Shown here piece by piece: positions 57,111 through 64,000 of a DNA stretch of 64,000 nt. Origin of the DNA: a virus; the IMG/VR virus record IMGVR_UViG_3300043823_000198, positions 64,001 through 128,000 of that record; one strand, given 5' to 3'. How positions within the stretch are numbered: the stretch's first letter is position 1; each line of letters begins with the position of its first letter. The translations under genes were made by a program, and so were the position numbers. The notes under the pieces are model-generated. The model did no database searches. It was not told where the DNA came from and worked only from the letters and a program-made list of their open reading frames with translations.

Positions 57111-57355
57111 AGGTGTTAAAATTCTATGCTGACTGGTGTGGACCATGTAAAGCATTAAGTTCTACAATTGAGCAACATTATAAAGGTAATGTTCCAATTG
57201 AAAATATTAATATTGACACTGATCAAGAAACTGCTGTTACATATGGTATTCGTGGTGTTCCTACTTGTATTTTGATTGATGAACATGGCTCTGAAGTACG
57301 TCGTAAAAGTGGTGCTATGATGATAGATCAATTCGAAAAATTTATTAAAGGATAA
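57107..57355 (+). CDS. trx: Thioredoxin
   Basis: FYADWCGPCK, GIRGVPT. Confidence 0.92.
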   Translation: MKVLKFYADWCGPCKALSSTIEQHYKGNVPIENINIDTDQETAVTYGIRGVPTCILIDEHGSEVRRKSGAMMIDQFEKFIKG

Positions 57356-57358
57356 AAC

Positions 57359-58426
57359 ATGAGTATTCTAGATAAACTTAAAAAGAATTCTACCATTAAA
57401 GATACAAGCATCCTTTCTGGTTCTAAATTCTTTACTAAGAAAGATATGATTCCAACTACGATTCCTGTTATCAATGTTGCTCTTTCTGGTCGATTAGATG
57501 GTGGTTTAACTCCTGGTCTTACAATGTGGGCTGGTCCAAGTAAACATTTTAAAACCGCATTTTCTTTGTTAATGGCTAAAGCATATCTGGACAAATATCA
57601 TGATGGTGTTGTTTTGTTTTATGATAGTGAGTTTGGTACTCCTCAGTCCTATTTTGATTCTTTCGGTATTGATACTGATCGAGTTATTCATACACCAATA
57701 ACTGATATTGAACAGTTAAAGTTTGATATAATGAAACAGATTGAAGGTATTGAACGTGGCGATCATGTCATTGTTGTTATTGACTCAATTGGTAATTTGG
57801 CTTCAAAGAAAGAAGTTGAAGATGCTCTTGAAGGTAAATCTGCTGCAGACATGACTCGTGCCAAACAGTTGAAATCTTTGTTTCGTATGATCACACCCCA
57901 TCTTACACTTAAAGATATTCCATGCGTAGTTGTTAATCATACGTATATGGAAATTGGAATGTTTCCTAAAGCCATTGTTGGTGGTGGTACTGGCGCATAT
58001 TATTCTGCAGACAATATTTTTATCCTCGGTCGTCAGCAAGAGAAAGAAGGTACTGAAATCGTAGGATATAATTTTATTATCAATGTAGAAAAATCTCGTT
58101 ATGTCAAAGAAAAATCTAAAATCCCTGTTAGCGTATCTTTTGATGGTGGTATCAGCCGTTGGTCTGGTTTACTTGATATCGCTCTCGAATCTGGACATGT
58201 AATCAAGCCATCAAACGGATGGTATTCTAAGGTCAACAAAGATACTGGTGAAGTAGAAGATAGGAAGTATCGTATTAAAGATACAGATAATAAAGAATTT
58301 TGGATGTCAATTCTTACAACTAAATCTTTTAATGACTTTGTAAAGTCCAAATATTCAATTGGGCAGGGAGAAGCAATCATGCGCGATGATGTAGATGTTG
58401 CACTTGAGGCTCTCGAAGATGAGTGA
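57359..58426 (+). CDS. uvsX: RecA-like recombinase UvsX
   Basis: GPSKHFKT, YDSEFG, DSIGNLASKKE, ADMTRAK. Confidence 0.96.
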   Translation: MSILDKLKKNSTIKDTSILSGSKFFTKKDMIPTTIPVINVALSGRLDGGLTPGLTMWAGPSKHFKTAFSLLMAKAYLDKYHDGVVLFYDSEFGTPQSYFDSFGIDTDRVIHTPITDIEQLKFDIMKQIEGIERGDHVIVVIDSIGNLASKKEVEDALEGKSAADMTRAKQLKSLFRMITPHLTLKDIPCVVVNHTYMEIGMFPKAIVGGGTGAYYSADNIFILGRQQEKEGTEIVGYNFIINVEKSRYVKEKSKIPVSVSFDGGISRWSGLLDIALESGHVIKPSNGWYSKVNKDTGEVEDRKYRIKDTDNKEFWMSILTTKSFNDFVKSKYSIGQGEAIMRDDVDVALEALEDE

Positions 58427-58748
58427 TCATTTAGCATCTCCTCCTTTTATTGCAGTTGAAAATCGCAAAACAGGTACAGTTGCTTTAAAGTTGATATCTG
58501 GACCATATGAGGGTATAATATTTTCATATGGTAAGGTTGACTTTAACGAACAAGATGATACCTGTAAAATGCATTTTGAATATGATGTTCATGAAAACCC
58601 AATGGTATATGATCAAAAAGAATTTGAAAATTATCTTGGCGATTTATTAGTATTCATAATTGCTGACCAATTGCAGAAGAACGAAATTATTTACACTGGC
58701 GGAATTGATGAGAATAGAAACGAAGATTCTAAGCAATCTGATATATGA
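58419..58748 (+). CDS. gp40-like head assembly chaperone (positional)
   Basis: Between uvsX and gp41; GIIFSYGKV..FEYD pattern. Confidence 0.55.
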   Translation: MSDHLASPPFIAVENRKTGTVALKLISGPYEGIIFSYGKVDFNEQDDTCKMHFEYDVHENPMVYDQKEFENYLGDLLVFIIADQLQKNEIIYTGGIDENRNEDSKQSDI

Positions 58749-60102
58749 TGAGCAGTACTGTAGAAAAGTTATTCCATTTATCAAGAACGAATACTTTTCG
58801 GACAGGAAAGAAGCAATTCTTTCAAAGATAATTACTGACTTTTTTACGAAGTATAATAAACCACTAACAAAAGAAATCCTTTCGATTGAAGTTGGTAATA
58901 GAACTGACATAAACAACAAAGAACTTACAGAATTAAACACATACATTGACACACTGACCCATGAAGAAGTTAATGATTCATGGATGATTGAGCAAACTGA
59001 AAAGTTTTGTAAAGATAAGGCAGTATATAATGCAATTCTACACTCAATTAAAATCATCGATGGAGGAGATAAGATACACACCAAGGATTCAATTCCTTCT
59101 ATCCTCTCTGACGCTCTTGCCGTTTCTTTTGATAGCCATGTTGGCCATGATTACCTCGAAGACAGTAACTCTCGTTACGAATTTTACCATAGGGTTGAAG
59201 AAAAAATTGCTTTCGATTTGGACATGTTCAACAAGATTACTAAGGGTGGTCTTTCAAAGAAAACATTGAACATTGCTTTGGCTGGTACTGGAGTTGGTAA
59301 GTCTTTGTTTATGTGTCATGTTGGCGCATCTGTTCTGATTCAGGGAAAGAATGTTCTGTATATTACAATGGAAATGGCTGAGGAACGTATCGCTGAACGT
59401 ATCGACGCAAACCTTTTGAATCTAACAATGGATGAGTTGAAGGTTATCGACAAAGATATTTTCGACAGTCGTCTTCAAAAGATTTCCAAGAAAACGCAAG
59501 GTAAATTAATTGTCAAGGAGTATCCGACTGCTGGCGCTCATGCTGGACACTTCCGTGCTTTGCTTGAAGAACTTAAACTTAAGCGTGAATTTACTCCAGA
59601 TATTATCTTTATCGACTATCTTAACATCTGTGCCAGCCATCGTATGAAACAGGGAGCCAATGTAAACTCTTATACATATATTAAGAGTATCGCTGAAGAG
59701 TTGCGTGGTTTGGCTGTTGAATATAATGTTCCAATTGTTTCTGCCACACAAACAACCCGAAGCGGATACACTAATAGCGATCCAGGACTTGAAGATACTT
59801 CAGAGTCTTTTGGGTTACCAGCCACGGCTGACTTTATGTTTGCGTTAGTTTCAAATGAAGAACTCGAAGCGTTGAACCAGATTATTGTTAAACAGTTGAA
59901 GAATCGTTACAATGATCCAAGTTTTTATAAGCGTTTCGTTGTTGGGATTGATAGATCCAAAATGCGATTATATGATGTTGAAGCATCTGCTCAGGTAGGA
60001 TTGGCTGATTCTGGTCAAGAAAAACCTGATGTTCCTATGTTTGATAAGAGCGAATTTGGTAAACGTCAAAGGTCAGAAGGCTTCGATGGGTTTAAGTTTT
60101 AG
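58708..60102 (+). CDS. gp41: Replicative helicase gp41
   Basis: AGTGVGKS, TMEMAEE, IDYLNIC, SATQTTR, SESFGLPATAD, QLKNRY. Confidence 0.97.
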   Translation: MRIETKILSNLIYDEQYCRKVIPFIKNEYFSDRKEAILSKIITDFFTKYNKPLTKEILSIEVGNRTDINNKELTELNTYIDTLTHEEVNDSWMIEQTEKFCKDKAVYNAILHSIKIIDGGDKIHTKDSIPSILSDALAVSFDSHVGHDYLEDSNSRYEFYHRVEEKIAFDLDMFNKITKGGLSKKTLNIALAGTGVGKSLFMCHVGASVLIQGKNVLYITMEMAEERIAERIDANLLNLTMDELKVIDKDIFDSRLQKISKKTQGKLIVKEYPTAGAHAGHFRALLEELKLKREFTPDIIFIDYLNICASHRMKQGANVNSYTYIKSIAEELRGLAVEYNVPIVSATQTTRSGYTNSDPGLEDTSESFGLPATADFMFALVSNEELEALNQIIVKQLKNRYNDPSFYKRFVVGIDRSKMRLYDVEASAQVGLADSGQEKPDVPMFDKSEFGKRQRSEGFDGFKF

Positions 60103-60111
60103 GAGAAAGAT

Positions 60112-61482
60112 ATGGTAAAAGTAATTGTAGCTGAAAAGAAAATTGATTGTTCACATCTGTTGGGTAAATTCTTAGACGAAAGTCATTACGACATTTTGGT
60201 AGAGGAAGATGCTGACGTTTATATGCCAGCAACTTGCGATATCGCAACTCAAGCTACTTGCGAGTTGAATAAAGATTGTGCATCATGCTCCAAGGGTACT
60301 GATGAATTGCGCATCGCTTTCAAATTCCGCAAGAACTACTTTAGTAAAGAGCAACAAGACGCAGCGTATCTTGGTCTAAGAGAAGCTGCAGGTAGAACTG
60401 AGAATCGTGGACTTGCCTCTGGTATTAAAGATGGTGTTCTTGCTACTTCCGAAGGACGTGAGTGGGTTACCAATTATCAAGACGAGATGATGCAGATGAT
60501 TCTTAAAAACCGTGACGCTGCTATTACTGGTTTGGATGAAGACGTCATAGACACTATTCGTGGTAAATATCCTACAGAAACTGATAAGAAGATGGCTGGT
60601 GGCGACGGTAAAAACAACGTCTGGGTTATCTCTCGTTTCCGTGGTAAGTTTGACTTTGAACAATGGCTTGATTCTATCAAACCTTTGAGTCGCGAAGAAC
60701 GAGCAAAGGCAACTGAAGAAGTTATGAAGATGGTTAGTACAACTACTTACGGTAACGCAGTTAACTCTGGTATCGCTGGATGGTTTGACCGCTACCCACG
60801 TATTCCTTATGGACGTGCGACTTCTTATACTCGAGATAACTTTGATAAGTTTAAGATGGCTTACCCGTTCCTTCAAACACTTGCCAAAGGTTTCAAGGAT
60901 CTGTTACCATGGCGCTATAATAACCAAATGGAAGCTGCCAAGAAAGTTGATCCACGTTACTTGGTTCCAGAAACACCATTCACAACTATCACTGTAAATA
61001 AAACTTTCCGTACAGCGGCACACTTTGACGCAGGTGATTTACATACTGGTTTGTCTAACCTTCTAGTTCTATCTAACAATGGTAACTACAAAGGTGGGTA
61101 TCTTATCGCACCTGAGTACCGTGTTGCAGTCAACGTTCGTCCTGGCGATTTGCTATTGATTAACAACCACGAAGTTATGCACGGTAACACTCCAATTGAA
61201 TTGTTGGACGAGGAAGCTGAGCGTGTGTCGTTGGTTTGTTATTTCCGTGAGAAGATGTTGGAACTTGGTTCTTATGAATATGAAGAATGTCGTTACAACT
61301 TTGTTGAGAAACGCAGACTGAACAAAGAACACCCAATGTGGAAACATTTATGGAATGGTGTTTCTGAAGGTATGTGGGAAACAAAAGAGTGGTATGATTA
61401 TCTTGAAGAACAGCTTGGTCGCGATGTTCTTGTTAAGTATCATCCAAAGGCAAACGCAGGTTCTCTTGAAGGATTTTTCTGA
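60112..61482 (+). CDS. TET/JBP-like 2OG-Fe(II) dioxygenase (candidate DNA pyrimidine hydroxylase)
   Basis: TPFTTITVNKTFRTAAHFDAGD (HxD), GGYL..PEY, HEVMHGNTP, RVSLVCYFRE. Confidence 0.8.
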   Translation: MVKVIVAEKKIDCSHLLGKFLDESHYDILVEEDADVYMPATCDIATQATCELNKDCASCSKGTDELRIAFKFRKNYFSKEQQDAAYLGLREAAGRTENRGLASGIKDGVLATSEGREWVTNYQDEMMQMILKNRDAAITGLDEDVIDTIRGKYPTETDKKMAGGDGKNNVWVISRFRGKFDFEQWLDSIKPLSREERAKATEEVMKMVSTTTYGNAVNSGIAGWFDRYPRIPYGRATSYTRDNFDKFKMAYPFLQTLAKGFKDLLPWRYNNQMEAAKKVDPRYLVPETPFTTITVNKTFRTAAHFDAGDLHTGLSNLLVLSNNGNYKGGYLIAPEYRVAVNVRPGDLLLINNHEVMHGNTPIELLDEEAERVSLVCYFREKMLELGSYEYEECRYNFVEKRRLNKEHPMWKHLWNGVSEGMWETKEWYDYLEEQLGRDVLVKYHPKANAGSLEGFF

Positions 61483-61868
61483 TGACTCCTAATAATTCTG
61501 TTACCATTTCCTCCTCAACGTATGATATTACCAGCAACGGAACAGTATCAATAACAACACCATTGACTGTTAACAGTTTGATTGAAGACATTCTAGATCA
61601 ATATGAACTAAACGAAATGCTTGTGGAGCATCGTGTTCAAGAGCAAGAAATGTTAAAATTGAAAGAACAAAATGTTGATTTTGCAGAGATAATCAAGGAA
61701 AATATTTCTAAGAATATGGCTAGACAAATTATTAAAAAGATATCTTTTACAAAGAAGTATGAGGTAGACTCTGATGTTCATTCTTACCGTGGACGCTGCT
61801 GGGTATTCAATAAAGAAGAACTTATTCAATTTATAAAAGACAGTTGGAGTAAGGCTGGCCATGTTTGA
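61482..61868 (+). CDS. Hypothetical protein
   Basis: TGATG coupling to dioxygenase. Confidence 0.55.
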   Translation: MTPNNSVTISSSTYDITSNGTVSITTPLTVNSLIEDILDQYELNEMLVEHRVQEQEMLKLKEQNVDFAEIIKENISKNMARQIIKKISFTKKYEVDSDVHSYRGRCWVFNKEELIQFIKDSWSKAGHV

Positions 61869-62205
61869 TAAATTCGGTGTTGTTGATAAGATGACCTTGG
61901 GAAAAACAACAAGAGAAGTCATTACACGTAAAATTGTTTTCTCGGATTCTATTACGATTAATAATTATCTAGAAGGCAAACCACTGTTGTTTGCTTCTCC
62001 AAATCCAAGTATTGTAGGATACTACATAGAAGACAAACACCTATACATTATCTTATCATATGCTTCATTGGAAGATCTTATGAATTGGATCTCAGGAAAT
62101 AATGTAAATATTCTTTTGGTGCATGTTAAAGAAATTGTTGACCGTTGTAAAGTCTTGGTTAACACAGAAGTTTTTGAAAATCCTAACTTAGAGGAAGTAT
62201 TATGA
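61861..62205 (+). CDS. Hypothetical protein
   Basis: Overlaps both neighbours. Confidence 0.5.
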   Translation: MFDKFGVVDKMTLGKTTREVITRKIVFSDSITINNYLEGKPLLFASPNPSIVGYYIEDKHLYIILSYASLEDLMNWISGNNVNILLVHVKEIVDRCKVLVNTEVFENPNLEEVL

Positions 62206-63551
62206 AAATTATGATGGTAATGCATACCTTCAATAACTTTGGTGGTATTATTAATCACTGCGAGCATTTGATGGCTGGTTTGAAAGAACTTGGTCATGAA
62301 GTAACCTTCGCATATCTTAAACCAAATAAGCAGGTTAAAGCTGTAGAGATTCCAACAACTTTAGCAGAAGGCTATGAGATTGGCGTTGGTTCTGGATATC
62401 CTGTTCATCAGGGCGACGGATGGATTGCACCATATTACTCCTACAAAGTTAAAGAGTCTATTGATCAGTTTGTTAAAGATGCCAATGAACATGACCTAGT
62501 AATATGGCAGTCTATTTTTGGATTTAAAAACAAAGATACTGAGCAAGATCTTGGATGGCTCCCAATGATCGAGGACGTAACAACTACTCAGGTTCCAATT
62601 ATTCATGACGCAAACCTAAAGAAGTTGTATCCTTGGATCAAGTTGTTTGAGCATAAGTTTGCTGGTCTTGCTTGTGTGCATCCAGCTGCATATGAATCAG
62701 CTGATTTTATGAATGTTCCACGTGCATTGATTTTGAATCCTCAAGACATTGCTGGCGTTCCTGATACTCCACCTTTTGCAAATCGTGAGAACAAACTTCT
62801 ATCGATCCAAACCTTCAAGCGTTGGAAGCGTGTCGATGATTTAATTCGTGCCGTTCCGTACATGAAAGATGTTAAAACCCTTGTCGGTGGATATGGTATT
62901 GAGGCAGCTTATATGATGTCTAAAGACAAGTGTAAAGAAGAATATTTTGCAACTAAAGAATACGATCCTGACGTAACATCAGACAGAGAAGGTAAACGTA
63001 TCTGGGAGAATGCCGAGAACTCAGGTAATTTTGAATATCTTGGCTTTATTTCAGGAGCAAAACGTGATGAGATTCTGGCCACTTCTAAATTTTTGGTTGA
63101 TCCAAGCTGGTCTAATACTTTCGGGGAACACTTCAACAGAGTTGTTATTGATGCTATGCGTATTGGCACTGTTCCAATTGCTATCAATTTTGGTGTATCC
63201 AATAATGAAGAAGGTAATGGGGTTGTCCTAAAGGCAGGTGTAAACTATTGCATGATCAAGAAGGGATCCACTCCAAAGCAGTACGGAGAAGCGATTGCTA
63301 ACTTTTGCAATATGCCAGAAGATGAGTACAGACAGATTCAGCTAAATAACTATGAACTGATCAAACAGTTCGACAGGAAAGTTATTGCTCAGCACTATAT
63401 TGAGTTGGCGCAACAAACTCCTACAGGTTATCTAAAAGAGCTGAAAACAAAATCTAACCACAATCCAAAATTACAGAAAATTGCAAGGGATATGTTCGAT
63501 GATCACTTCCAAGTTAAAGAAGATTTTGATATGGAATCTTTATTTGGGTAA
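62202..63551 (+). CDS. GT-B fold glycosyltransferase (candidate DNA glycosyltransferase)
   Basis: MKIMMV...GGI...LKELGHEV, HD, FKRWKRVD, YLGFI, PSW...EHFNRVVIDAMRIGTVPI. Confidence 0.8.
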   Translation: MKIMMVMHTFNNFGGIINHCEHLMAGLKELGHEVTFAYLKPNKQVKAVEIPTTLAEGYEIGVGSGYPVHQGDGWIAPYYSYKVKESIDQFVKDANEHDLVIWQSIFGFKNKDTEQDLGWLPMIEDVTTTQVPIIHDANLKKLYPWIKLFEHKFAGLACVHPAAYESADFMNVPRALILNPQDIAGVPDTPPFANRENKLLSIQTFKRWKRVDDLIRAVPYMKDVKTLVGGYGIEAAYMMSKDKCKEEYFATKEYDPDVTSDREGKRIWENAENSGNFEYLGFISGAKRDEILATSKFLVDPSWSNTFGEHFNRVVIDAMRIGTVPIAINFGVSNNEEGNGVVLKAGVNYCMIKKGSTPKQYGEAIANFCNMPEDEYRQIQLNNYELIKQFDRKVIAQHYIELAQQTPTGYLKELKTKSNHNPKLQKIARDMFDDHFQVKEDFDMESLFG

Positions 63552-63554
63552 TGT

Positions 63555-64000
63555 ATGAACTACATTCAAAGTTTAGATTTCGATTTTGTTGATATGCTAA
63601 ACTTTGATGAACGTCCGTTCAGGGCAAAATTCGTTCCATCTAAAATTTGGAACGATCTGGATAAATATAAAAACGACGCCACTGGCTTGAGGAATTACTT
63701 CAAGAAGTGGCGTTTCAGCATTAGATTTTTAGTTGAAAAGAAACCAATTAAGAGTTTACTTATTGGTGGTGGATATTATACAGAAGAAGGTAGATCTGAG
63801 ATAGACATCTGGAATAGCCCAGATACTTCTTATGATACATATAAATTTACAGATAAATCTTGGGATAGATTTAAGTTTAGATGCATTCAGGTGGCTATGC
63901 ATGAACTTATCCACTGTAAACAATATTATGGTAAACCAGAAGAATACAATGCTACAAAGGTGTATTACAAGAAAACTGGTAAGGCTCAGCTAGATAATAC
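63555..64000 (+). CDS. HExxH (zincin-like) protein, 3'-truncated by window
   Basis: Open from ATG 63555 to window end; VAMHELIHCKQY. Confidence 0.6.
   Translation, partial: MNYIQSLDFDFVDMLNFDERPFRAKFVPSKIWNDLDKYKNDATGLRNYFKKWRFSIRFLVEKKPIKSLLIGGGYYTEEGRSEIDIWNSPDTSYDTYKFTDKSWDRFKFRCIQVAMHELIHCKQYYGKPEEYNATKVYYKKTGKAQLDN

Noticed and set aside
17657-60102. Inteins, introns or homing endonucleases in gp17, gp43, gp41, uvsX
   Set aside because: Protein lengths and motif spacing are normal; no intein or LAGLIDADG/HNH/GIY-YIG motifs recognised
1-64000. Stop-codon recoding, tRNA genes
   Set aside because: Core genes are full length in the standard code with dense tiling; no cloverleaf/TTCGAATC-CCA pattern found in the few intergenic gaps

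Overview
64-kb segment of a large, AT-rich T4-like (Tevenvirinae/cyanophage-pelagiphage-type) myovirus genome. All credible genes lie on the + strand and read through in the standard code. Order: (1) 1-5.3 kb accessory module: 3' end of a fibre-like gene whose His-rich tip ends NCRNCNC, a 310-aa partner, a radical SAM/SPASM enzyme, a small ORF, a signal-peptide-less DctP-like solute-binding protein and an SGGLDS (PP-loop/asparagine-synthetase-like) enzyme; (2) 5.3-14.9 kb tail-fibre/virion genes; (3) 14.9-31 kb T4 morphogenesis core (gp13,14,15,17,18,19,20,67/68-like,21,22,23,3, uvsY, uvsW; gp16 missing from its usual place); (4) 31-64 kb gp55, gp47/46, CobT/CobS-like pair, gp45, flavin halogenase-like gene, gp44/62, regA, Hsp20, rubrerythrin+rubredoxin, ligase, exonuclease, gp43, 2OG oxygenase, two thioredoxins, uvsX, gp40, gp41, and a TET/JBP-like dioxygenase plus GT-B glycosyltransferase. 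Best candidate for an undescribed system: a RiPP-like post-translational modification module acting on the Cys/His-rich tip of a virion fibre. Also notable: a thrice-repeated IHF-site + palindrome + sigma70 promoter cassette, a symmetric back-to-back promoter upstream of gp55, a structured RNA upstream of Hsp20, and a probable DNA hypermodification pair. No tRNA, rRNA, CRISPR array, intron/intein or transposase was recognised. All family calls come from motif recognition and gene order, not database searches.
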